Shown: positions 16,781-27,126 of the stretch, one piece after another
Layout of the letters: each line of letters starts with the position of its first letter
Numbering within the stretch: position 1 is the first letter of the stretch
Assembly (NCBI GenBank): GCA_051652765.1
Contig: JBOFUV010000095.1
Span: 1-38,665 of the forward strand
DNA from: Microcoleaceae cyanobacterium
GTDB taxonomy: Bacteria; Cyanobacteriota; Cyanobacteriia; Cyanobacteriales; Microcoleaceae
Reading direction: 5' to 3'
Length of the DNA: 38,665 nt
Made by a program: the position numbers and the translations under genes
The notes under the pieces: generated by a model
What the model was told of the DNA's origin: nothing
Databases searched by the model: none
The model's input: the letters and a program-made list of their open reading frames with translations, nothing else

Positions 16781-19216
16781 TTAGTAACTTTCAGAATAGC
16801 TACCCTCAGAGTGACTATCACTAGAATAGCCATCGCTGGAATAGCCATCACTAGAATAACCAGAGTCTTCAGACCCATACCCTGAGCCACTCTCCGAGTT
16901 GCTGTAGCTTGAGTCAGACTCCGATGGCTGTTTGGAGAAAAATTGGTTATAGTCAGCATCATCTTTGCGAACAGCATCTCCTCCATGCTGAATTTGCGCG
17001 GGATTGACTGCCTTAGCCTTGATGCTACCTTTTCGACCTTCCAGTTCTGGAATATCTGAAAAATCCTGTACGGGAATGTCCTCCGTGACCCGAGCCATAA
17101 ATTGTCGCCAGTTGTAGGCAGCGGTCTCACTGACTCCCCAAGTGGGTTGATTATCATCATTTCCAAGCCAAATCCCAGCCACTAGCTGAGGAACATAACC
17201 AACAAACCACAAATCTCGATAGTCTTCGGAGGTTCCCGTTTTTCCAGCCGCAGACCGATCCGAGAGATGAGCTGCACGGCCAGTCCCTTCAGCAATCACG
17301 CCCTCCAACATCCAGGTCGTGATTGCTGCACTTCCCTTGTCTATCGCTACTTTGGGCTTATAGTCGGCTTGATAAATCACCTCTCCCTTGGAATTGATGA
17401 CCCGCCGAATCCCATGGGCAGGAGTATGCTTTCCTTCTGCCGCCAGGGTACCGTAAGCATTAGTCAGTTCTAGTAAATTGACCTCATAGGCACCCAGGGC
17501 AAGGGCATAGGTTGGCTGTAGCTTGGAGTGAATTCCCATACTCTTTGCCATTTTGATGGTGGGTTCAAATCCTACGTCAACCAACACCTTGACCGCAACG
17601 ACATTCAGGGAATTGCTCAGGGCAGTATTCATTGACTGCCAGCCAAAATGCTTTTTGCTGTAGTTCATGGGACGATAGCCATCCACTCGGTACGGCTCAT
17701 CCATATAACTGTCATAGGGTGAAAATCCAGCCGCGATCGCCGTGGCATACACCAACCCTTTAAAGGTTGAACCGGGCTGCCGTTGAGCCTGAAATGCCCG
17801 GTTAAATTCACTTTCCTGGAAGTCTGCACCTCCAACTAAGGCTTTCACTTCACCGTTGCGGGGGTCAAGGGCAACTAACGCGGCCTGATCAAACCCCTGG
17901 GCAGCCCCATCAATTTCAACGGCCTCTTTCACAACTTTCTGAGCAATGTCTTGCCACTCCAGATTTACCGTTGTTTCGACAGTCAACCCCCCTATCTCTA
18001 ACGCCTCTGGGGAGACATACTTAGGCAACTCCTTTTGGATGTAGCTGGTAAAGTAAGGGGCTTTAACTAACAAGCGTTTGGGGGAACTGGGGTTAATCGC
18101 CAGAGGCTGCCCAATCGCCGAGATTGCCTGTTCCTCGGAGATCAGTCCAACCTCTTGCATCCGGCCTAAGACAATATTTCGACGTTTCTGAGCGGCTTCC
18201 ACGTCCACTAATGGCGAGTATTCGCTGGGAGCTGGAGGCAATCCGACTAACGTTGCAATTTCTGAGAGGGTTAACTGCTGAACCGGCTTGCTGAAATAAA
18301 CCCAAGCCGCATCCGCTACCCCATAGGCCCCTGAGCCCAAATAAACCAGGTTGAGGTAGCGCTCTAAAATCTCATCCTTGCTCATTTGCCGTTCCATTTT
18401 TTGAGCAAGGAGAGCTTCCCGCAGTTTTCGGGTAATGCTTTGCTCTTGGTTCAAGAAAACAATGCGGGCAAGTTGTTGCGTGATGGTGCTGCCTCCCTCG
18501 ACGACATCCCTGGCCACGATGTTACTGACGATCGCCCGCAGAACCCCTTGATAGTCAACTCCTGTATGCTGTTCAAAACGCCGATCTTCAACAGCAACAA
18601 ACCCTTGAACGAGGAGATCAGGCATTTGTGGAAGGCCAACCTTGTCGCGGGTTGCTGGCCCAGTCTGAATCAGGATCGTCTCGTCTGCAGCCTTGATAGT
18701 CAGCGTGCCATCTCGGTTAAAGGCAGAGAGATCAGTGACCGCTGGCAAACTCTGATAAAGCTGACGAAACTTCCAGCCGCCATAAGCCATCCCTCCCGCC
18801 CCTAGGCCAACCATGCCTAGACCAAGCCATACCCAAGGTCGGCGATACCAGGGCTTTCCAGGGGTAAGGCGACGGGGAAATCGCTCTTTTAATACGGTTA
18901 GAAATTGAAGAAATTTTCCCTGGTATCTGACTTCTGGGTAAGGAGGCGGTTGAATAGAAGCAGCTTCAACGGACTCTAAAGGCTCGGTCGTCTGCTGGAT
19001 TTCTTCACTGTTATTAGGCTCAATCTCCTCTTCTGAAACAGATTCAGCGTGTGAGTTTGTGTAGAAGCTACGACGGGAGTAGTCTCGCGTCTTAGGTAGG
19101 ATTGGCAAATGCACAGATCCCTCTTGAGGTTCTGAACCGTAAGACTCTGAGTTATTCAACCCTCCAGTTCCACGAGCTGATGAATATGGATCAGTATCTT
19201 GAGGAAATTGTGCCAC
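16781..19216 (-). CDS. Class A penicillin-binding protein (transglycosylase-transpeptidase)
   Basis: GT51 motifs EDRRF.QH.G, GGSTITQQL and RKLRE; transpeptidase motifs STFK, SLN and KTG; SSDGY-repeat tail. Confidence 0.95.
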   Translation of the reverse strand: MAQFPQDTDPYSSARGTGGLNNSESYGSEPQEGSVHLPILPKTRDYSRRSFYTNSHAESVSEEEIEPNNSEEIQQTTEPLESVEAASIQPPPYPEVRYQGKFLQFLTVLKERFPRRLTPGKPWYRRPWVWLGLGMVGLGAGGMAYGGWKFRQLYQSLPAVTDLSAFNRDGTLTIKAADETILIQTGPATRDKVGLPQMPDLLVQGFVAVEDRRFEQHTGVDYQGVLRAIVSNIVARDVVEGGSTITQQLARIVFLNQEQSITRKLREALLAQKMERQMSKDEILERYLNLVYLGSGAYGVADAAWVYFSKPVQQLTLSEIATLVGLPPAPSEYSPLVDVEAAQKRRNIVLGRMQEVGLISEEQAISAIGQPLAINPSSPKRLLVKAPYFTSYIQKELPKYVSPEALEIGGLTVETTVNLEWQDIAQKVVKEAVEIDGAAQGFDQAALVALDPRNGEVKALVGGADFQESEFNRAFQAQRQPGSTFKGLVYATAIAAGFSPYDSYMDEPYRVDGYRPMNYSKKHFGWQSMNTALSNSLNVVAVKVLVDVGFEPTIKMAKSMGIHSKLQPTYALALGAYEVNLLELTNAYGTLAAEGKHTPAHGIRRVINSKGEVIYQADYKPKVAIDKGSAAITTWMLEGVIAEGTGRAAHLSDRSAAGKTGTSEDYRDLWFVGYVPQLVAGIWLGNDDNQPTWGVSETAAYNWRQFMARVTEDIPVQDFSDIPELEGRKGSIKAKAVNPAQIQHGGDAVRKDDADYNQFFSKQPSESDSSYSNSESGSGYGSEDSGYSSDGYSSDGYSSDSHSEGSYSESY

Positions 19217-19282
19217 TAGCGTCTCCCGAAAGTTCGATAAAAGTCCTGATCAACAACTGATGACAAGTCAAAATGAAAACTC

Positions 19283-19326
19283 TGAACCAGGTTTTTGAAC
19301 CAGGTTTTTGAACCAGGTTTTTGAAC
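19283..19326. repeat. Tandem repeat, 3.4 x TGAACCAGGTTTT
   Basis: 13-bp unit between chlG and the PBP gene. Confidence 0.9.
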
Positions 19327-19362
19327 AACCACTCTGAGCCTTACGCTCAATCCCCCCAATCA

Positions 19363-20361
19363 TCAAACCCTATGACCTAAAGCCAACCCCACCACCAACA
19401 TTCCCAACACCAAAAAGGGTTGAGCACTCGCCTGATACTTCACGTCATTTCCTAGGGGATCACGGAGAAAGTACATGTCTTGGAAGGTAATCTGTGGAAT
19501 AACTAGCAATAATAAAATCGTAGCGTACAAGTTTTGATGAATATTAACTAAGTATAAAGCAACTCCCACCTGAAACACATCGATCATTAAGACACAAATC
19601 CAGGCTGCTGTTCCTACCCCAAACATGACGGGGAGAGACTTCAGACCCAGTTGGCGATCGCCTTCTATACTCTTAAAGTCATTCACAATCGCGATTCCCA
19701 ATCCGGCCAGACTATAAAACAGGGTCAGCAGCACAATCGTAAGGTTGAGTTCGCCAAACAGGGCATGACCCGTAGACCAGGGTAAAGTAATGTAACTCGC
19801 TCCCAAGGCATAGTTTCCCAACCATCCGTTTTGCTTGAGCTTGAGCGGAGGAGCCGAATAAATGTAGGCCAGGAAGCTGCCAATTAAACAAATGACCGTA
19901 ATTGTGGGGAATTGATGACCTGCCCAACGATCCAGAGCATAGGAAAGGGCAACCCCTGCTACCAGCAACACCACAATTTGAGTGGCGACTTGGGGAACCG
20001 AAATGACACCCGAGGGAATCGGGCGGTAGGGTTCGTTAATCGCATCAATATCGCGGTCGTAGAAATCGTTCAATGTCTGAGTATATCCAGCCAGCAGAGG
20101 CCCAGCTAGCAACATACAAGCCGCCGAGATCAATACGTTCTCGACTGTCCAAGTGTAGTTCCCAGAAGAAGCAGCGCCGCAAACAACCCCCCAAATGAGT
20201 GGAATCCAGGTAATCGGTTTCATCAATTGGAGGCGAATTTTCCAAATCGAGGTTTCGCCGCTGGCGGCTCCTTTCATGCCTAAGAGCTGTCTAGCCTTAG
20301 CACTACGGTCTAAAGGTGGTTCAGACTGGGTCGAAACTTGAGAAGGTGGGATGTCAGACAT
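19363..20361 (-). CDS. chlG: Chlorophyll synthase
   Basis: Motifs LMKPITWIPLIWG, NDFYDRDIDAINEPYRPIPSG and NDFKSIEGD. Confidence 0.97.
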   Translation of the reverse strand: MSDIPPSQVSTQSEPPLDRSAKARQLLGMKGAASGETSIWKIRLQLMKPITWIPLIWGVVCGAASSGNYTWTVENVLISAACMLLAGPLLAGYTQTLNDFYDRDIDAINEPYRPIPSGVISVPQVATQIVVLLVAGVALSYALDRWAGHQFPTITVICLIGSFLAYIYSAPPLKLKQNGWLGNYALGASYITLPWSTGHALFGELNLTIVLLTLFYSLAGLGIAIVNDFKSIEGDRQLGLKSLPVMFGVGTAAWICVLMIDVFQVGVALYLVNIHQNLYATILLLLVIPQITFQDMYFLRDPLGNDVKYQASAQPFLVLGMLVVGLALGHRV

Positions 20362-20451
20362 ATAAAGTGACAGGTCTATGACCCAATACTAGAGAAAATA
20401 GTACATGACAAAACTTTTATCTCTAAAGTTTTGATCAACTAGTTTGATCGA

Positions 20452-21546
20452 TTAGAAAGAAATGGTCAAGTAGTTCTTTTGAAACTTGGCCCCAGTGACA
20501 GGCTTTCCTCGTAAGGTCTCGGGCAAGAAAATATTGCGTCGCTGATCCCCCGCTTCAATCGTCACCTCTGGGCCATACTGTGTTAGCTTAACCTGCTTCT
20601 TGTCGAATCCCGGCAAAAATAAGTTGACTTGACGCTGATCCACATCAATGGTAATGGGTCTTGGAACTGTTAATGCCTGTTGGAAGTCAGGGAGAGCCGC
20701 CATCAGAGGTTGCCAATCTGCATCTGATCGTTGAGGAATTGGACTAACAGCCAAGGGGTCAAAGGTTTCAGCCAGGGTCTCGTTGACTTGGCCTTGATTT
20801 AAGAGAACCCCCCCAATCGTGAGCCCAACCTGTTGAGCCGATCCCCAGAGATAGTGAGCCGTTGTAATGGCCATTGGATCGGGGGTCGTTACCAGATAAG
20901 CAATCGTGCGATTTGGATCGGCGATCACTGCTTTCCCCTGATCCAGCATATTGCTAGCTTGATTTGTAGGTTGAGAGAAGTTATTCGCAAAGATATCAAC
21001 ACTTAGCACCGCGCTGGCCACAGGTTGAGCAAAGGGAGATAGGGCTCTCCAGAAATCCGAATCTAGAAAAACTTGACGGAAACGACGAATGTACCAACTC
21101 AAAATTTCTGGCATTCCCAGCATCCTCAGGACATCTGGGCTAGATGTGCCATCGTAGATAATAACATCATAGTTTCCCTGAGTGTCGTACTGGCGAATCG
21201 CATTTAAAGCCAGGGCACTGTCCATTCCAGGGAGCACTCCCAACTCTTGTCCATAAACATTTTTGAAAAAGGGAGTTCGAACATATTGGGCTTCCAAGAT
21301 TTTTAGTTCTTCCCAACTGCTTTCCAAGAGCTGAGCACTTTTAAACTGTAGGGCATTCAGGTTTGGGGCAATTTCAGTTGGGGTTGAACCTACCGGGCTT
21401 CCTAACAACAATTCAAAGGCAGGGCTGGCATCTTGGCTGGCCAGTAAAACCCGTTTTCCCTGTTGAGCAAATCGCTTGGCACTGGCGATCGCCAGTGTTG
21501 TCCGTCCTGTTCCACCTTTGCCCAGGAAGGTTAAATTTAGGGCCAT
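20452..21546 (-). CDS. ArsA/Get3-family ATPase with C-terminal alpha-crystallin-like domain (Get3d type)
   Basis: Deviant Walker A GKGGTGRTT, LPGMD, and C-terminal IEAGDQRRNIFLP. Confidence 0.88.
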   Translation of the reverse strand: MALNLTFLGKGGTGRTTLAIASAKRFAQQGKRVLLASQDASPAFELLLGSPVGSTPTEIAPNLNALQFKSAQLLESSWEELKILEAQYVRTPFFKNVYGQELGVLPGMDSALALNAIRQYDTQGNYDVIIYDGTSSPDVLRMLGMPEILSWYIRRFRQVFLDSDFWRALSPFAQPVASAVLSVDIFANNFSQPTNQASNMLDQGKAVIADPNRTIAYLVTTPDPMAITTAHYLWGSAQQVGLTIGGVLLNQGQVNETLAETFDPLAVSPIPQRSDADWQPLMAALPDFQQALTVPRPITIDVDQRQVNLFLPGFDKKQVKLTQYGPEVTIEAGDQRRNIFLPETLRGKPVTGAKFQKNYLTISF

Positions 21547-21604
21547 TTAAACTTTTTCCGTTGCTGAAGAATTCTGACCTAAAACCAATCTAAACTTTGC
21601 GTCC

Positions 21605-21638
21605 GAGGAAGTGTTGGGTCAATCACCCAACACTCCTC
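21605..21638 (-). terminator. Hairpin between petP and the ArsA-like gene
   Basis: GAGG-AAGTGTTGGGT-caatc-ACCCAACACT-CCTC; no clear U tail. Confidence 0.45.
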
Positions 21639-21749
21639 AGAATGTCCCTGACACAACTTGAAATACTATCCTAAAGATAAATCTAAAGATAAATTGAGTT
21701 TAGGGATGAGACATACGTCTCAATCTATATTGTTCACCGTTGTTCGCCT

Positions 21750-21953
21750 TTACATTGCTTCCAGCTCATCTTCAAAAAACCAAGCTGAAAGGGTTGCATC
21801 AAACTTGACAACGAACCCCACACCGCTGCCATCAACCATTTTGTAGTCCTCAACAATCCCAAACGGATTTTGCTTCAGCCGGGTGATAATATTTGCTGGG
21901 ACTCGCTCCTTTACCCCTCGAACTCTAACCTTTTGACCAATTTCGATTGCCAC
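21750..21953 (-). CDS. petP: Cytochrome b6f subunit PetP (DUF2862)
   Basis: Motifs EIGQKVRV, KMVDGSGVG and WFFEDEL; GGAGAA RBS. Confidence 0.9.
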   Translation of the reverse strand: MAIEIGQKVRVRGVKERVPANIITRLKQNPFGIVEDYKMVDGSGVGFVVKFDATLSAWFFEDELEAM

Positions 21954-22049
21954 GTCCAGTGTTCTCCTCGTATTCTCCTTGGGATATCAGCCATTCCACA
22001 GTTTAGCGGAATCTGTGCTCTCTGCTCAATTTGTCGTCTACTCTTCAAA

Positions 22050-22574
22050 CTACTGGGCATCCAAGAGTCGGATCTCCGAACAGAAGGAGGCTTGGATTAA
22101 GCCCGTCGCTGATTTGATTACCGTGGTTCGGAGCCTCAGGTTGGGGATGAGATACCAGAGTCGCTCCTCAGTGGAACAATCGGCTGACTCAGTGACTAAG
22201 GTCAGAACCTGATCGCTGCCCAGACTATAGTGTCCCTTGAGCAAGTGCCTTGGAGAACTGACCCGCTCCTGCAACAACTGCCCTGCGGTAGATTGATCAG
22301 AGTTTGTTACAGGCACTAAGAGGATGGAACCCGTTTGTTTCTGTGCTACCCCTTCAGAAGTGCCATCCCAGGTCGTTTTCAGGCCGCCCCAAGCCGCACT
22401 CGAGTTGACTTGAGCGCGATCGCACAAATCAATCACCCCAGAATCATTCGGCGGTAAAATTTCAACCGTTAGGGTTGACTTTCCAGCAAGCAGTTTACCA
22501 GAACTAAAATTGTGAATGGTGCGCTGCGAAAACCACTTCCCTGCACTTAGTTCAAGAAATTCAGTGATATTCAT
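22050..22574 (-). CDS. Phycobiliprotein lyase, CpcS/CpcU (CpeS-like) family
   Basis: Motifs EFLELSAGKWFSQRT, EERLWY..PNLRLRT and ASFCSEIR; subfamily not resolved by eye. Confidence 0.88.
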   Translation of the reverse strand: MNITEFLELSAGKWFSQRTIHNFSSGKLLAGKSTLTVEILPPNDSGVIDLCDRAQVNSSAAWGGLKTTWDGTSEGVAQKQTGSILLVPVTNSDQSTAGQLLQERVSSPRHLLKGHYSLGSDQVLTLVTESADCSTEERLWYLIPNLRLRTTVIKSATGLIQASFCSEIRLLDAQ

Positions 22575-23022
22575 GAAATCCAACGATAACCCAGCATGAG
22601 TCTCAAAGGTCTGAAGAGACAGTTTTTCTAGTTTAACGCACCTTGACTAATCTCCTGAGTAAGCTTTGATAATTCGATCAAGTTAGGAACTGCTGTCAGG
22701 ATTTCAGATGCCTAGACCTAGAATTAGGGGATGGGTGGGTGATTACCCGTAAGCCGCGATTACAGCTAGAATAGGAGTGTTAAGTTACGTGACACCGATC
22801 GTAATGTCTTGGGATTTGGGCAAAAGTCTGCCTCCGAACAGGCATACCTAAGTACAAGTTCCCAATACCCTTCATCTGTGCTGTTAGAGAATTGAGGTCA
22901 TAAGGTAGGTGGTTGAGAGTCGTTTTAGGGAGTTCTTTGCTCCCTGCAAGCGACTATTCGATAGCTATCTCTTGAAAGATCTATTTTCTAGCAAGCTAGC
23001 GCTTTCACAGCTAGGCTTGATT

Positions 23023-23784
23023 ATGGTAGGTTTTGAGATGGATGGGGCTAAGCGAATAACTTCCAAACGCCAAGTAATGGATCGCTCAACAGAAAGTGAC
23101 CTGGAATCTATGGCGATTCAGGCTTTTGGTGTCGAAATGGCATATCGTTCAGGGGTTCAGACCACTCAGGTGCTGAAGGGAATTGATATTGGGGTTCACC
23201 AAGGTGATATCCAGCTTTTGATGGGGCCAAGTGGTTCGGGGAAAACAACCCTCCTGACTATTTTGGCAGGGCTGTTAACACCTACGGCGGGGAAAGTCAT
23301 CCTTTTGGGACAGGAAGTCACCAAAATGTCCCGGAGCAAACTGTCCAAATTTCGACTTCAAAATATCGGGTTTGTGTTTCAAGGGTTCAATCTGTTTCCC
23401 GCTCTCACGGCAACCGAAAACGTAGAAGTGGCTCTCAACATCAAAGGAGTTCACGGTAAAACCGCAAAAGGCCAATCTCAACACTTGTTAGAGCAAGTAG
23501 GCTTAGCCGATCAGGGCAGGTTACTCCCTCGGGATCTGTCCGGAGGTCAAAAACAGCGAGTTGCCGTTGCTCGTGCTCTAGCTGGCCATCCACCTTTGAT
23601 CATGGCAGACGAACCTACGGCAGCCCTTGACTCCAGTAGTGGTCGCGCTGTGATTGACTTGCTAAAGCAGCTTGCGAAGGAAGGAGGCTCAACGGTGTTG
23701 ATGGTGACTCACGACCCTCGAATTGTGGATGTTGCTGACCGAATTCTCAATTTAGAAGATGGCATGATCAAGCATTATGACTGA
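23023..23784 (+). CDS. ABC transporter ATP-binding protein (LolD/DevA-like); start uncertain (22909-23110)
   Basis: Motifs GPSGSGKTT, LSGGQKQRV, ADEPTAALD and MVTHD. Confidence 0.92.
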   Translation: MVGFEMDGAKRITSKRQVMDRSTESDLESMAIQAFGVEMAYRSGVQTTQVLKGIDIGVHQGDIQLLMGPSGSGKTTLLTILAGLLTPTAGKVILLGQEVTKMSRSKLSKFRLQNIGFVFQGFNLFPALTATENVEVALNIKGVHGKTAKGQSQHLLEQVGLADQGRLLPRDLSGGQKQRVAVARALAGHPPLIMADEPTAALDSSSGRAVIDLLKQLAKEGGSTVLMVTHDPRIVDVADRILNLEDGMIKHYD

Positions 23785-23880
23785 GATTCTTGCATCCAAT
23801 CTGCTGGAAGAGTTCCTGACGCTCATTGGAGCCTTAGGCTTTTTTTTCCTGACGTTTCAGGCTTTAAAGCAACTGGAACG

Positions 23881-24903
23881 CTAACTTTTGTCCGCTCGCG
23901 GGGCTCCATTTTGTTGAATAATAGATTCGGTTTGCTGGGTTAGGGTTTTCAATAACTGGTTCAGCAGGGGTAAGTTTTCAGACGGAACCGGCGCAAGCAC
24001 AATGCGATCGCTAATTTCGCTGAGTTTTCTTTGCAGTTGTTGAGCCAACTTCAGAGCATCTTGGCTCAATAAAGCTAACTGTTGTTGTTGATAAAACCGT
24101 AAAGCCGCCCCTCTCAAGACCTGAAGATTGATTTCTTCGCCGTACTTGCCGGGAACTAAGCGCAGCCGTAACAATAAATGCTTGCCTCGATAAGTCCGTT
24201 CTAGCTCAACTTGCTTAGGTTCCTCCACTGGAGCTAGCGCAATTCCTGCAAATCGTTTCAGCTCATTGACAATAGCTTGAAATCTCACTAGTTCCAAGTC
24301 ATCGACCACGGACTGTAAGACCCCGTCTTGACTCCAAAGAATACGACCAACAGAGGCTTGTCGTTCAAAATAGAGCCGTCCAATGCCGCCTAATAAGACC
24401 CGTGCTAGCAGTTCTTGGAGTAAGTCCTCAGACGGCAAGCGATTGAGCACATCAAGGGGACTACTCAAATGTTTGGCATGGAGTTTTAGGGCGGGAGCAG
24501 AGGCACTGCCTGAAGCAATGACACTCTCCGTGTATCGAGCTTGAGCTGATGTTGAATTTCCCTGCTTGGGAGATGCCAGCGATGCAGCGGCGGGTTCGGG
24601 TTCGGCTTGCGACTGTTGCTGAGTGTGGCATAGATAGGCAGATAAAACACTCTGCTGATCATCACTAGAAATCCTGTGGAAAATCACGGAGTAGTCCTGA
24701 TACATCAGGATTCGCTTAACATAATCCAAGGCAGACTGATCCTCTGGATCAACCATCCCTAGACAGAGTTGCTTTTGATCAAGGGTAAGGGGCAGAACTT
24801 GATAATGCAAACAGACTTCAAACGGAAGAATACTATCAATCAACGGAAAGATCTGTTCGGCGTCCATGTCAGCAGCCCCATCAGTTTTAATTTTCGCTAG
24901 CAT
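23881..24903 (-). CDS. GspE/PilB N-terminal-domain protein without the ATPase domain
   Basis: YQVLPL..LCLGMVDPED (T2SSE_N-like) and LRLRLVPGKYGEEINLQVL (N2-like); no Walker motifs. Confidence 0.7.
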   Translation of the reverse strand: MLAKIKTDGAADMDAEQIFPLIDSILPFEVCLHYQVLPLTLDQKQLCLGMVDPEDQSALDYVKRILMYQDYSVIFHRISSDDQQSVLSAYLCHTQQQSQAEPEPAAASLASPKQGNSTSAQARYTESVIASGSASAPALKLHAKHLSSPLDVLNRLPSEDLLQELLARVLLGGIGRLYFERQASVGRILWSQDGVLQSVVDDLELVRFQAIVNELKRFAGIALAPVEEPKQVELERTYRGKHLLLRLRLVPGKYGEEINLQVLRGAALRFYQQQQLALLSQDALKLAQQLQRKLSEISDRIVLAPVPSENLPLLNQLLKTLTQQTESIIQQNGAPRADKS

Positions 24904-25275
24904 TGGTTAGATGAGTTTTTAAGTAGGCAATACCAGCTCCGTTTGTCAAACTAAACAGGCTCTTAGACTCCCACAACACAGACGCACCCAGTACTGAAAT
25001 AGCTCGGAGTTAGAAATACTACAAAAAGCGGGAGCTTGATGAATTGACTATCAACGGCCTATGGATAACTCCAGTCTAGCAAGAGAATCTTGACACGATA
25101 TCACTCGTGTTAGGGTCGAAGCCTTAAATTTTACAACGGAGAGTTTCTCTACTACAGTTCAAATGGATTATGCCTCAGTCCGGATAAAGCACTCTAAGTT
25201 TTGTAAGGTGAATTTTGTAGAGTAATTTGTAGAGTCAATAAAGTAAGTACTACAAGGAAATCTAAGTTTATTGCC

Positions 25276-25941
25276 ATGGTGAGAGGAAAACTTGGGATAG
25301 GTTATCGAGGGATTTTGCTATGGATCATAGTCTTAATTTTAGGGGAACACCCAAGGGCGATCGCCACATCTCCTCCAGTCTCCACCCTTTCAGTTCAATA
25401 TACCCCAGCTCAGGTTGTTACTTCGGTGCTCACATCAGTTGGCCTTCCTAGGGATATTCTGGATGTCGCCTCTAGCCATGCCGCACAACTGCTCTCTCCG
25501 GAATCAGTCAATTCATCAGTCAATGCACCCGTTAATTCATCTGCCGCAGAGAAAAGCCTGCATTTAGTGATTCGCCTGAGCGATCGCCGAGTTTATATTT
25601 ATCAGGATAACCAGCTCCACAGCAGCTATCCGATTGCCGTTGGACGAGAGGGATGGGAAACCCCAACTGGCCGCTATCAAGTTATTCAATTGGTACGCAA
25701 TCCAGCATGGCAACATCCGTTCACCGGAGAAATTATTCCCCCAGGGCCAGAAAATCCCCTCGGCGATCGCTGGATTGGCTTTTGGACAGATGGCACCAAC
25801 TTTATTGGGCTCCATGGGACTCCCAATGAAGAAACCGTAGGCACTGCTGCGTCCCATGGCTGTATCCGAATGCTGAATCAAGATGTTCTGACTTTGTTTG
25901 AGAAGGTTAGCGTTGGGACTCCAGTGAGTGTTGAGCCCTAG
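25276..25941 (+). CDS. L,D-transpeptidase (YkuD family)
   Basis: Motifs YPIAVG..TPTG, NPLG.RW and IGLHGT...SHGCIRM. Confidence 0.93.
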   Translation: MVRGKLGIGYRGILLWIIVLILGEHPRAIATSPPVSTLSVQYTPAQVVTSVLTSVGLPRDILDVASSHAAQLLSPESVNSSVNAPVNSSAAEKSLHLVIRLSDRRVYIYQDNQLHSSYPIAVGREGWETPTGRYQVIQLVRNPAWQHPFTGEIIPPGPENPLGDRWIGFWTDGTNFIGLHGTPNEETVGTAASHGCIRMLNQDVLTLFEKVSVGTPVSVEP

Positions 25942-25980
25942 CCATGGACAAGAGGTGCTTTGACCTCCTAGAATTAAGCG

Positions 25981-27045
25981 ATGACTAATTCTTCTGAAAT
26001 CCTTTGGCCCGGATTGCTGCAACAGCTTCTTGATCGTCAATCCCTTTCCATCGATCAAGCTGCAATGTTAATGCAGGGATGGTTAAGTGAGGCGATTCCC
26101 CCTGTTTTATCCGGGGCAATCCTGGCTGCCTTGCAAGCAAAGGAAGTCTCTGCTGAAGAGCTGGTGGGTCTGGCTTCGGTACTCCAGTCTCAATCTGTTG
26201 CACTGTCAATGCCTGCTTCTCCTACACAAGTGCCTGCGGTCTATCGGATGATCGATACCTGTGGCACGGGCGGAGATGGAGCGTCAACCTTTAACATTTC
26301 AACGGCGGTTGCTTTTGTAGCGGCAGCAGCAGGAATTCCTGTGGCCAAACATGGCAATCGCTCAGCCTCAAGCAAAGTGGGATCGGCAGATGTGCTGGAG
26401 GGATTGGGCGTGAATTTGGCAGCGGCTCCAGACAGAATTACGGCTGCTCTCTCAGAAATTGGCATCACCTTTCTGTTTGCACCAGGATGGCATCCAGCCC
26501 TAAAAGCGGTGGCTCCTCTGCGTAAGACCTTGAAGGTGCGAACGGTGTTCAATCTGTTGGGGCCTTTGGTCAATCCCATGGCTCCTCCGGGTCAAGTGAT
26601 GGGCGTATTTGACCCGAAGTTTTTAACAACGATCGCCCAAGCCCTAGGGCAACTGGGCACTGAAGTTGCAATTGTCCTCCATGGGCGGGAGAAACTAGAT
26701 GAAGCAGGGTTGGGCGATCGCACGGATTTAGCGATTCTCTCGGATGGAGTCGTCAAGCAGGCTGTCCTCGATCCTCAGGCCCTAGGATTAGATCTTGCCC
26801 CAATCAGTACCCTCAAAGGCGGGGAACTAGAGGACAATGCCCTGATTCTTAAAGCAGTGCTTCAGGGCAAAGGAACTCGGGAACAACAAAATGCCGTGGC
26901 GTTAAATGCGGCGCTTGCTTTGGAAGTCGGAAATGCAGTTCCTTTGGAGGATCACCTAGCAGGTTTAAAACTCGCCCAAGACATTCTCAACAGTGGGGCA
27001 GCCTGGTCAAAGTTGGAGCAACTAGTTGACTTTCTCAAACATTAA
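25981..27045 (+). CDS. trpD: Anthranilate phosphoribosyltransferase
   Basis: Motifs [22 protein letters not shown] and [10 protein letters not shown]. Confidence 0.97.
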   Translation: MTNSSEILWPGLLQQLLDRQSLSIDQAAMLMQGWLSEAIPPVLSGAILAALQAKEVSAEELVGLASVLQSQSVALSMPASPTQVPAVYRMIDTCGTGGDGASTFNISTAVAFVAAAAGIPVAKHGNRSASSKVGSADVLEGLGVNLAAAPDRITAALSEIGITFLFAPGWHPALKAVAPLRKTLKVRTVFNLLGPLVNPMAPPGQVMGVFDPKFLTTIAQALGQLGTEVAIVLHGREKLDEAGLGDRTDLAILSDGVVKQAVLDPQALGLDLAPISTLKGGELEDNALILKAVLQGKGTREQQNAVALNAALALEVGNAVPLEDHLAGLKLAQDILNSGAAWSKLEQLVDFLKH

Positions 27046-27126
27046 CCTTAACTAGCTTTAACCAAACTTCAATTGGCCTTGAAGGGCCAAGAGATAGCCT
27101 ATACCCAATTTAACCCACAGTTTTTT

